Shown here one piece after another: positions 51,337 to 62,110 of a stretch of 64,000 bases of DNA. The stretch's first letter is position 1, and every line of letters starts with the position of its first letter. The stretch comes from Mytilus edulis (Eukaryota): positions 40,610,001 through 40,674,000 of the forward strand of contig NC_092355.1 of the NCBI RefSeq assembly GCF_963676685.1, written 5' to 3'. Below the pieces are notes generated by a model. That model was given only the letters and a program-made list of their open reading frames with translations. It was not told where the DNA came from and did no database searches. The position numbers were made by a program, and so were the translations under genes.

Positions 51337-51379
51337 ATGTAAAAATGAGAAACATGAGTTTAAAAGATGTAATATTTAT

Positions 51380-51745
51380 ATAATTACATTAGATGTATGT
51401 TTCATTATAATACGTTATTCTGATTGGCTAACTAGCAATCTCGTGATATTCCTTAATCAATTGCATTACACAATGCAACTTTTCATTCTTGATGACACGA
51501 GGTCTCACAATAAAGTGCACAGGTAAATGAAATAAAAACTTGATAAAAGGCGTGTTTTCATAATCATATAGGTAAAAATGTAATTATAAGTATTGAATGC
51601 TCTTTTTTGTAAATTTATAGGGTTGTAAAAGCGTTGACCGTGCGCACATTTAGAGTATGAAGCGCTTCCGCGCTTCATACAAAATGTACTTCGGTCAACG
51701 CTTTTACACCCCAATAAATTTACAAAAAAGAGCATTCAATTCTTA
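51380..51745 (+). mobile_element. Hairpin-terminated element (E4), starting about 44 bp after the GPCR-6 stop
   Basis: IR ATAATTACATT at 51380 / AATGTAATTAT at 51577; GATTGG at 51422; hairpin 51587-51745 with apex GTATGAAGCGC-TTCC-GCGCTTCATAC. Confidence 0.8.
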
Positions 51746-51810
51746 AATGAAATTGTCCTCAGCAATATATAAAACTAACATACTACAGTGTTATTTGATA
51801 GACATGTATA

Positions 51811-52142
51811 AAAGAGGGACGAAAGATACCAAAGGGACAGTCAAACTCATAAATCGAAAATAAACTGACAACGCCATGGCTAAAAATGAAAAAGACAAAC
51901 AGACAAACAATAGTACACATGACACAACATAGAAAACTAAAGAGTAAACAACACGAACCCCACCTAAAATTAGGGGTGATGTCAGGTGCTCCGGAAGGGT
52001 AAGCAGATCCTGCTCCACATGTGGCACCCGTCGTGTTGCTTATGTGATAACAAATCCGGTAAATATTCTAATTAGGTAGGTCACATTCATAAAAGGGAAG
52101 GGGATTGTAGTTACGACGTAAGGAACATATCCGATATCATTT
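51811..52142 (-). mobile_element. 3' end fragment of the same Penelope-like family; further copies near 10822-11030, 16955-17143, 23818-24065, 24278-24430
   Basis: AAGAGGGACGAAAGATACCAAAGGGACAGTCAAACTCATAAATC...CCACATGTGGCACCCG shared with 9925-10260. Confidence 0.85.
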
Positions 52143-52254
52143 ATAAATTAATCAAATCTTTTACGAACACCATCATGTATTTAGTGGCCGTCGCGGAATT
52201 TTTATGCTAGAAATACCCACAGATAAGTCAAGATAAGATAAGATAAGATAAGTT

Positions 52255-54053
52255 AAACTAGAGGCTCTAAAGAGCCCGTGTCGCTCACCTTGGTCTATGT
52301 GCATATTAAACCAAAGGACACAGATGGATGCATGACAAAATTGTGTTTTAGTGATGGTGATTTGTTTGTATATCTTACTTTACTGAACATTCTTGCTGCA
52401 TACAAATAACTTCATCTATCAAGAACTTGGCCCAGTAGTTACAGTAGAAATATTTTGTAAAAATTTAAAAAAACAAATACAAAATTTATGAAAATTGTTA
52501 ATAATTTACTATAAAGGGACATAACTTCATTAGGGGTCAATTATTTGTAGGACTAACTTTGCTGTTCATTATTGCTGCTTACAGTTGATCTCTATCTATA
52601 ATAATATTGAAGATAATAACCAAAAGCTGCAAAATTTTCGATAAAATATCAATTCAGGGGCAACAACAACGGGTTGCCTGATTGGTCTGAAAATTTCAAG
52701 GTCAGGGCACATAGATCTTAACCTAATGAACAATGTAATCGTCATATTTGCTCTAAATGTTTTGGTTTCAGAGATATGAGCCAAAAAACTGCATTTTAAC
52801 CTATGTACTATTTTTAACCATGTCGGCCATCTTGCTCTGCCGGGGGTGGGGGTCATCTGACACATTTTTTAAACTAGATACCCTAATAATAATTGTGGAC
52901 AACTTCCATTGGTTAAACAGGTCTCAGTAGTTTCGGAGGAGAAGATTTTGTAAAAGATTACAAAAATTGACGAAAATTGACAAAAATTTACTATAAAGGG
53001 CAATAACTCCTTAAGGGGTCAACTGACCATTTTGGTCATTTGACTTATTTGTAGATCTTACTACGCTGAACTTTATTGCTGTTTACAGTTCATCTATATC
53101 TAAAATAATATTCAAGATAATAACCAAAAACGGCAAAATGTCCTTAAAATTACCAATTCAGGGGCAGCAACCCAACAACAGGTTGTCCGATTCATCTGAA
53201 ACTTTCAGGGCAGATAGGTCTTGACCTGATAAACAATTTACCTTGTGTTAGATTTGCTCTTAATACTTTGGTTTCAGAGATATCAACCAAAAACTGTATT
53301 TTACCCTATGTTCTATGCTTAACCATGTTGGCCATCTTGGTTCGCGGCTGGAGTCATCGGACACATTTTTAAAACTAGATACCCAAATGATGATTGTGGC
53401 CACGTTTGGTTAAATTTGGCCCAGTAGTTTCAGAGGAGAAGATTTTTTAAAAGAATACTAAAATTTTAGAAAATGGTTAAAAATTTACTAAAAAAGGGAA
53501 ATAACTCCTTAATGGGTCAACTGACAATTTTGGTCATGTTGACTTATTTGTAGATCTTACTTTGCTGAACATTATTGCTGTTTACAGTTTATCTCTATCT
53601 ATAATAATATTCAAGATAATAAGCAAAAACTGCAAAATTTCCTTAAAATTACTAATTCAGGTGCAGCAACCCAACAACGGGTTGTCCGATTCATCTCAAA
53701 AGTTCATGGCAGATAGATCTTGATCTGATAAACAATTTAATCCCCAAGTCAGATTTGCTATAAATGCTTTGGTTTTTGAGTTGTAAGCCCAAAACTGCAT
53801 TTTACCCTGTGTTCTATTTTTAGCCATGGCGGCCATCTTGGTTGGTTGGCTGGGTCACCGGACACATTTTCTAAACTAGATACCCCAATGATGAGTGTGG
53901 CCACGTTTGGTTAAATTTGGCTCAGTAGTTTCAGAGAAGAAATTTTGTAAAGGTAAACGACAGACTACGGACGACAGACGACGAACAACAGACGACGGAC
54001 GCCAAATGATGAGAAAAGATCACTTGGCCCTGTGGGCCAGATGAGCTAAAAAA
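52255..54053 (-). mobile_element. Helentron-associated element with ~3 internal ~500 bp units
   Basis: AACTAGAGGCTCTAAAGAGCCC...GCTCACCT at the left, (ACGG/GAC) microsatellite and GGCCCTGTGGGCCAGATGAGCTAAAA at the right; unit boundaries near 52941, 53438, 53939. Confidence 0.85.
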
Positions 54054-55539
54054 TTGGATCTGTTTCCCCTTCTGGAGTAATTGGTGCAAATACCCCACAT
54101 CTCAAGATCCTTTGGTTTATTATCAATGGTAAAGAGATTTACTACAGCTATCTCATAAGTATAATTTACCCTCAACCCTTACTTTATGAGTGTGTTGAAA
54201 AATCATACCATTAAAGAGATCATTTAACTATATTAGAATATAATAACCTACTAGGTTCTTGTAATGAATAATTATACACAAACATTTGCATTGTTCGGTT
54301 TTATTCTGACTTTTGTTTTTCAACTAATCGAACTGTAAACGGGTTGGTTTTAGACACATGAGCGTTCTGTATTTTTTTGTAAGGAGGTGGTCGGCATTTA
54401 GGAAACTCTGCAAAACATATAACTTTTATCGCAGACTTGTCTTCTGACCAATCATATAATGTTCAGTGGAATAGTCCATATGTTTTTTTTTTTGCTTTTT
54501 TTAGTCCTTGCGTTGCTGTCTAACTTAAGTAATGAAAGGACATATTTACACGAGCATTGACCTCTGCATCTTAACATTTTGACGTTCAAGGGGAGACAAA
54601 TCTTGATTTTTTTGAAAGACCGAAACAGGTTATACTTCAAGTTGTTAAATTCTGATAACGTATACTATGCACAAAACTATTTGCCGTGTTTGCCTTATTT
54701 TTCGGGGCGAAAAGAAGGGGGTTGGGGCATTGAAAAAAAACCAGCTCAAAGAATCAATGCTAGACTAAAAAAAAAATGTATAATAAAACAGTTATATTCA
54801 AAAAGGTTTTAAACATATTGTGAACTTGCATGGTCGTACAATACTAGCCTTCAATCTAGATTTTATATCTGCTGATAATTTTCATTCTCCTTTATGATAT
54901 TCTTGATTTATTTTTTTCTTTCGAAAGCTTAGACTAGTACTTATGAATTGATTACAGGACCCATTCTTTCAAGTGATACAATTACGAGTATTTTTCTTTT
55001 TTGTTGATTGTCCACATTTTTGAAATGCGGACGAACAATAAGTTCACAAGGTTGAAATGAGTCAAATTGCCAAACCTACTAAGGTATATATTTTTTAAAT
55101 CGCTTTTAGTTCACGCATCATTGTAAATATAACGGAATTTGATGAGACTGTCATCAAAGTGAGAGGTTTAGCGCTTTAAACCCAGGTTTAATCCACCATT
55201 TTCTACATTTGAAAATGCCTGTACCAAGTTAGAAATATGACAGTTCTTGTCCATTCGTTTTTGAATTATTTTGTCATTTGATTTTGCCATATGATTAGGG
55301 ACTTTCCGATTGGATTCTCCTCTGAGTTCAGTATTTTTGTGTTTTTACTTTTTAAGACGTATAAGAAATATGTTTCTTCGTGAACCTCTGAAACGACCGA
55401 AGTTTTGGAAACCTATTTATCTTATTATGCATGTATCTGTTAACCTCAACATTCTCAAAGCACAAGACTGGAAAGGGAGATTATGGGGTACAAGGGACCA
55501 GCCCCCTCCCCCTTTTCTGGGAAAAATTTGATTGATTAT

Positions 55540-55900
55540 ATAGGGAATCATTGAAGCATGACCGGAGACTGGACCCCAATTTAGAAATTTCTGTCACAAA
55601 GGAGAATTTATATAAAGTGCTATATCATGCAATGTAAACTTCCTGAATATAACTGAAATATTTGCAACCGAACATTGGGCAAACAGTATTCACTATTATA
55701 CACGTAAGAAAAATTAGAATGATTAGATAGGGAATCACTGAAGCATGACCAAGGACTGCACACCAATTTAGAAATTTCTGTCACAAAGGAGAATTTATAT
55801 GCAGTGCTACATGTATATCATACAATGTAAATTTCCAGAATATTACTGAAATATTTGCCACCGAATATTGGGCAAACAGTATTTATTATTATACACGTAA
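55540..55900. repeat. ~187 bp tandem duplication
   Basis: ATAGGGAATCA(T/C)TGAAGCATGACC...TTATACACGTAA occurs at about 55540 and 55727. Confidence 0.85.
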
Positions 55901-56483
55901 ATTCACAATTAAGAAGTTGTTTGTATAGATCGCAACTGAACAATGGAACAATCGTTTATTTTTAAGGTGGGTTGGTTTTATGGTTTTTGTCTGAGTCAGA
56001 AAAAAAACACTTTTTCTTAAAGTTTTTAGACGCTATCAATCAAATTATATTGTTTTCCATAATTTAACACTATATTTAAGGTATCATGCAGAAAATCTGG
56101 ATTCTGAATATATATATATTGTCATCTGTTTGACCACAGGAGACAGGAGACAGGAGACAAACAACATCCCCCTTTTGAAGTTGAATGGTCGTTCCCTTTA
56201 ATAGCAATTTATTAACTGGCCTTTAAAGATCAATATCATATGCACTAGACCTATGTCAAACAAAACTAACATTAAAAGAGTGTAAACAAGAAAAGATTAT
56301 TTAATTAAACCTAATTAATGTGGTGCGTTTGAATGGTTTTTTTTTTCTCCACCTTTTATTTACTTGTCTCCATAAAGAAAGTTTAAATCAAAACATTCAA
56401 ACATTAAGAAGTATGCATGTTACACTGCAGGAGCTATATACTGTCTTGACGGTCAATTTTACATCTATTTAAAAAGACTGTCT

Positions 56484-56533
56484 GCAGAAGACACATCGTT
56501 TCGTCTACATAAAAAGTCTCTTCAGAAGCGCTC
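56484..56533 (-). ncRNA. Degenerate hammerhead-like motif
   Basis: Minus strand GAGCGCTT CTGAAGA GACT ttttatgt AGAC GAAA CGATGTG TC; core intact, stems decayed. Confidence 0.5.
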
Positions 56534-56689
56534 GAATCAAAACGGTGTGGAAACTATCTCAAATACAAAATACCACGCAACCAGACAAGAGATAAACAAA
56601 ATGGTGGAAATGGACATTGTGTACTTGCTGAATGAATTAAAACCGTAGGAATTGGAAAACAAAATAATCAATTTTGGTGAAATATTTGG

Positions 56690-56900
56690 TACTATATTAT
56701 TTAGCAATTATTGAGATGTTTTTATTATTGCGAAAAATGCGACAGCGTTATATTCACAATAATTAAAACTCTCATTTTATAATTTTTTATATCAATTGAA
56801 CAGGATTTTTCTCAATATCTCAAAAGTTAAAATCGCATTTCAGTCCAAAATGACAAAATCGCAATAATTACTACACGCAATAATTTCTGAATTTACAGTA
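56690..56900. mobile_element. Degenerate TA-flanked MITE
   Basis: Right end CGCAATAATTTCTGAATTTACAG|TA; decayed left end TA|CTATATTATTTAGCAATTATTG. Confidence 0.5.
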
Positions 56901-57135
56901 ATAAAAAACTAATTGTCCAAGTATTGAAAAATATTCTACCTTTCTTTGCACTCGCAAGATGTGCAATATCAGTATGAAATACTGATCGCAATGAAATTTC
57001 TTAATAATTCTAGTAGTACAATAACCCCAAGTTTATAAAAGCGTGATACTATGGTCAGTTTCAGTAAGACACGACCCCATGCAGCTAGACACTATTTGCT
57101 TAAACTTACAGATTTTAATGATAAACCATAAGTTT

Positions 57136-57753
57136 ATTTATCTTACCTCCTATACATTTCTAGGAATGTGATTGGTTAAAAGCGCCCTCGTGGAGACCGT
57201 GTATATTTGATATTAGGTTAGTAGAGAGGCGGGGCTTATCTCATACACGGTTAGTAGTGGAGTTACGTCCCTTTATATTCCATATTAGGTAGTAGGGAGG
57301 CGGGGCTTATTTCATACACAGTTAGTAGTGGTGTTACGTCCCTTTATAAAAACAAAACGGTACTGAGAAAAAAATCGTAAAGGTTTGAACAGACGAAGAC
57401 ATTGATGATTAAGATTGAATAAATTCATCTAACACATTTAACCCTCACAAGTTTTTATTGTTGGTATCTGTTTTTGTAGGATCAATGGAAGTAATTTCTT
57501 AATACTAACAGTATTGAGGAGTTGCTCATTTTGATAGGTCTAAATTTCACACGTTAAGATAGTCGGTAAGATAAATTCGTTACATAGTATGCTAGTGACC
57601 TAATACGGTATATATGGGGTCAGTAAATTTCATATGGGGATTCGAGCTTCGCTCTCACCCCATATGAAATTTACTGACCCCATCGCTCGAATCCCCATAT
57701 GAAATTTACTGACCCCATATATACCGTATTAGGTCACTAGCACACTATGTAAC
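57136..57753 (+). mobile_element. Hairpin-terminated element (E5); truncated relatives near 32655-32830 and 34995-35140
   Basis: IR ATTTATCTTACC at 57136 / GGTAAGATAAAT at 57565; GATTGG at 57170; internal ~70 bp direct repeat; hairpin 57579-57753 with apex GAGC-TTC-GCTC. Confidence 0.85.
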
Positions 57754-59184
57754 TAATAATACCTTGCTGTTCAATTTACACTTCAAATAAAAAGACAGTG
57801 TCGTGATGGTCTATCTTATATACGGTGATTTTAATGATGGTTAATCCAATTCACACTTTCTTAAGACTGGTATTTTTAACGAGGGTTCATTAAACCTTAC
57901 AACCCTAATTCTAATCTTATATTCAATAATTTAACAGCTCTATTCATATACATGTTGAAAGATTAAATTCGGTTTTTATAATGTGTATTGCTCTGTTAAA
58001 TACCAATTCAAATGTTTTTCTTTAGTTGAATATTAGTTGTGAGTGTATGGATATGAAAAATGACATCGTAAGCTATGGAAGTACTATATTCTCCTGACGG
58101 TAAGATTGTTTTGTATTTTTCATTTTTTTTTCCTTTTTATTTTTGAAAATTTGTTGTAGTGATTTTAAAACAAAAAGGGGGATAACATGGAGCATATAAC
58201 AGAGATTTTGTAATCATATGGGTTATTATTTTTTGGTCATTGCTATTCAAAGTTTATTATGATTAAAATCAGATGTAGGTACAGGCATGTGAAGAGACAG
58301 TAATCCAACTACTATATGAAACAATCTTCCTTCTTTTCATGAATATAAAATATTACTATATAAGAAGTTCAAGAATTTCCAGCCTCAGTTCAATCGCGGG
58401 AGTAGCAAGTCTAGACTTATGTGTGCTGACGTTCAAACAAAGACTACATGTATCCAGATATGCATGTGATAGCTAAATACACAGGCATAACTATCTAACA
58501 GTAAAATTAAGATATATACATTATGGGATCAGCGTCAGAAATATCTCATTTAATGTTATCAGAAATAATTTTTGATCAAACGTAACAGAATAAATAAGCT
58601 GATTTTTTTTTATTGCTTAACGTTCAGTGGCAAATATTACATGCATGCTTAAAGGAAAATTATAATACAGATCAATTGGAAGAACAATAAAACCAATTAG
58701 AGTGAAATTGTAAAATATATATATATGTATAAAGAAACGATGATTCGATTCACCCCTCCCCTCCCCCATCAACACCATTACCTACCACACTCCACACTCT
58801 CTTAACCATGTCTAATTTTGGTCTCATGGTTCCCCCCTCCCGCCCAGATAGCAAGGTTCAGGTTCTGCTCCTGTGTATAACCCGTTTAACCATTGCTCTT
58901 CATCTCTATGTTGGTTGACCTAATTTCAACATTTTTTTTTAAAACAAATTGTTTTGTTTCCCTATTTACACGCCCAATTGTTGGCTAACGGCAATGCAAA
59001 TATGCCCGGATCTGTGTTTTTGCTTACTTTTAAAAACAGTTGTTTTACAATCGGTACGGCATATTTTTATATTTTTGTCTGAGTTTCCTTTAGACGTTAT
59101 GAAAAATGGATTCTGAAATTATGTATACATTAGTACAGCAGATTTTAATATATGGCACCAATAGCTGGTATTAGATAAAGAAAT

Positions 59185-59255
59185 AAGAAGATGTGGTATG
59201 ATTGCCAATGAGACAATTCACAAGAGGCCAAATGACACAGAGTTTAACAACTATA
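59185..59255 (+). repeat. SINE-like dispersed repeat end (AAGAAGATGTGGTATGATTGCCAATGAGACAA); decayed copies near 16540-16660 (-), 18128-18245, 39235-39410
   Basis: Mutually similar short copies; no tRNA-like head identified. Confidence 0.5.
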
Positions 59256-59902
59256 TATTTTGAGCTTTCTCGATGGAAGTAAATTCACAAAAGCGCTTCG
59301 GACGTTCTAAATTTCATGAAATGTTATTATTATCATTTTAAAAAGAGTTTGAATAAAAAACAATAAGTGGGCCATATTTATATACTATATGATTTTTAAA
59401 CCTTTCATGTCTATATTCTTCAAGCTATTCACTGATAGTTTACATTACAAACTTAGCTTATAGTCAAATAGACGCGAGATGAGTACTTTAAAAGGTTTCT
59501 TTGTATATTACTGTTTATAAAATTCTATCAAATATCTTACGAGGTCAACCAATTGCTCGTTTTTTAAGTACTGTATTTATTTGATGAATGTATTCAAATG
59601 AATGATCCTTTTAATATGTCGATTGCACTTGAAATGTTTTGAATTATATATAATAAGCTCCGTGTAATTATTAAAATCCAATTCTCTTTCATTCAAAAAA
59701 AGAATTTAAAATCAAGTACAGTGGAACAAAATAATTCACGCCTTATCGTAGGGGTTTCTGGTCTTTAGACTAGACATCAAAGCTGCTTACTAGATTTGGT
59801 AGTGGAAAGAGATAGTGAAACTATTCCCGCTCATTAGTATTTATTCGGGTCCTCTCCTGATCTAACGTCAGACTTACGAATATTCAAATATTTTGGCCTC
59901 GA

Positions 59903-59942
59903 GCATCACTAAAGAGACATTGTCGAAATGCGCATCTGTTGC
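59903..59942 (+). ncRNA. Minimal hammerhead-like motif of a second family (core mutated)
   Basis: GCATCA CTAAAGA GACA t TGTC GAAA TGCGCA TC TGTTGC; palindromic stem III ATGCGCAT, triplet ATC, G5 replaced by A. Confidence 0.65.
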
Positions 59943-60488
59943 AGAAAAATTGGTGGTTAATGTTATTACATTATGAAGTCGATTAAATGGTACCTACATT
60001 GAAGATTTATGTTACCTGATGACACGTACATACGTAAGGCCGTTCAACTGAACACCTGCCATTAGTACATAAGTACTTTTGGAAATTGTTAATATATGGA
60101 CATCTTTACTTAGGGTTTATTTTCTGTAAAAAACAACATGTCAGACTTAAATAGACTTACTAATTATTTCTACTGTATATGTAATTTATTTTAGTATTCA
60201 GCTGTCTATGAAGAATTTGAAAATTTTAGTTGACTTGAAAAATTGTTGATGATAATTGAAATTGAAGTTTAGCTGAATTACTGTACTTAATGTTGTGTCA
60301 CATGTCTACTCATAAGATGTTTTCCAGTTTTTAGTCCCGATTAGCTCAGTTACTATTAAGAGGTTATAATAAACAGCTGGTTAATACAAGTATACATGTT
60401 AGCTTGTTTCACTTGTTAAAATATAACGTTTCTGCCTGATGTTTTGACGATTTATAAACAGTAAATACATTTTTTTTTTCATTTACAT

Positions 60489-60507
60489 GTGTTTTATTTT
60501 TTAACAG
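60489..60507 (+). promoter_or_regulatory. Splice acceptor upstream of the GPCR-7 coding exon
   Basis: gtgttttattttttaacAG|G, about 67 nt before the ATG. Confidence 0.6.
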
Positions 60508-60574
60508 GATATTATTTCAAGAGATGATTGTATCAAAGAACCATTAATGAAGTCGGACTACTTTTAGTGTTATC

Positions 60575-62110
60575 ATGTCATCGTCAAAAGAACTTGACCA
60601 AGTAAATGATGATACGGCAGTTACACTTCTTCCCGCCATAATTCTCGTTGTAATCTACATGCTGATTGGACTATTCGGAAACCCTCTTGTAGCATTTTAT
60701 TATGGATGTCGTGCAAAAGCTACATCGTCTTATCATTTCATTGTGGCACTATCAGTTTTCGACCTTATAACATGTTGTATATCAATGCCTCTGGAAATCG
60801 TTGACATGAGAAATTCATTTAAGTTTGAAAATACAATTGCTTGTAAGATTCTCCGTTTTGTCAATTATTTTGCAAGCATATCATCTGGGGGAATTTTAAT
60901 AGCAATTGCAGTCGATCGTTATAGAAAAATTTGTCATCCTTTTAAAAAACAAATTACACTAAAGCTTACAAAAATTATCATCGTCATCACTTGCATGTTT
61001 TCTGCATGTGTATCATGGCCAAGTTTTGTCTTTTACGGAGCACATGAAGTTAATGTGACGTCAGTTCCGGGAGTTGTCGGTTACGACTGCACAACAACGA
61101 GAGATAGTTCATTTAAAATTTACATAACAATTTATAATATAATACTTTTCATATTTTTCTTTGTTGCGATCACTAGCATCATAGTTTTGTATTGTCTAGT
61201 TGGAAAGAGACTTATAAATTTGAAACAATTTCAATTCTATGCTGCAAAACCAAAATCGTCTAACACAAATAATGCCTCACATGATTCTAGTGATTTTAAA
61301 ACATCAATTGGAATATTAAGTCGAAGAACCTCGAATGTAATCGAAATACCCGACGAAACAGATGATAAACCTTTAGCTACAATCAAAGAACTCGATTCTT
61401 CGAGTAGACCTTCTTCGGCGACATCAAGCAGACCAGTGTCTTCCAAAAGTGAAAATCGAGTTCACCCTCAAAACTCTCACAAAAATTCAGCTTTTTCGGA
61501 TCAAAAATTGACGGAAGGAGCTTCGATAGCATCACCTTCCAAAGGAGTTTCATCTATTTCTATCCATATATCAAACGAAGTCAGAAACGGATCTGCCATG
61601 TCAAATTATTCGGATCGGTCAAAGTCAACTCGTCAAGGTTCGGCAACATCAGGAACATCACGTATATCTGGTTTATCAGAGTACAGTGACAGCAATTACG
61701 TTCCAGCAGCATCTGAATCAAGAGATCCAAGGGGTTCAATAGACATTGATAAAAATGACAAGAAACTACATGCTCAAAACGTAGATACTAAAAAATATAC
61801 AATTATCATGCTATCAATATCAATAGCATTTATTGTGAGCTTTCTGCCTTATCTTGGACTCGTCACATGGCGGACTTTAGCGGAAGAACACGAGTTTCAT
61901 CTTTTTTCGGATGCTGCTTATTGTGCTTACCAAATATTCATACGCTCTTTTCTAATAAGTAGTGCTGTAAATCCTTTGATTTATGGATTTTTTAATACAG
62001 AATTTCGTAACTTTGTCAAAACTATTTGTCAAAAATGCTGCTGCTGTTGTTGTTATAAGAAGAAACAAACTACACACAAGCAAGAACATTCGGCATCTTT
62101 CTCAAAATAA
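60575..62110 (+). CDS. Class A orphan GPCR, 511 aa (GPCR-7)
   Basis: GNPLV, SVFDL, ACKILR, VDRYRKICHP, SWP, GYDC, SFLPY, VNPLIYGFFN, Ser-rich ICL3, poly-Cys tail. Confidence 0.95.
   Translation: MSSSKELDQVNDDTAVTLLPAIILVVIYMLIGLFGNPLVAFYYGCRAKATSSYHFIVALSVFDLITCCISMPLEIVDMRNSFKFENTIACKILRFVNYFASISSGGILIAIAVDRYRKICHPFKKQITLKLTKIIIVITCMFSACVSWPSFVFYGAHEVNVTSVPGVVGYDCTTTRDSSFKIYITIYNIILFIFFFVAITSIIVLYCLVGKRLINLKQFQFYAAKPKSSNTNNASHDSSDFKTSIGILSRRTSNVIEIPDETDDKPLATIKELDSSSRPSSATSSRPVSSKSENRVHPQNSHKNSAFSDQKLTEGASIASPSKGVSSISIHISNEVRNGSAMSNYSDRSKSTRQGSATSGTSRISGLSEYSDSNYVPAASESRDPRGSIDIDKNDKKLHAQNVDTKKYTIIMLSISIAFIVSFLPYLGLVTWRTLAEEHEFHLFSDAAYCAYQIFIRSFLISSAVNPLIYGFFNTEFRNFVKTICQKCCCCCCYKKKQTTHKQEHSASFSK

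Noticed and set aside
51791-52027. Hydrophobic 78 aa ORF with apparent homologues at 23786-24025, 24209-24421 and 10934-11128
   Set aside because: Translations of the T-rich Penelope-like 3' UTR repeat; frames are not preserved between copies.
52040-52095. SECIS element in the Penelope-like 3' UTR (minus strand ATGAA...AA...GAT)
   Set aside because: The helix between the putative quartet halves does not base-pair; SECISearch on the family consensus would be the decisive test.
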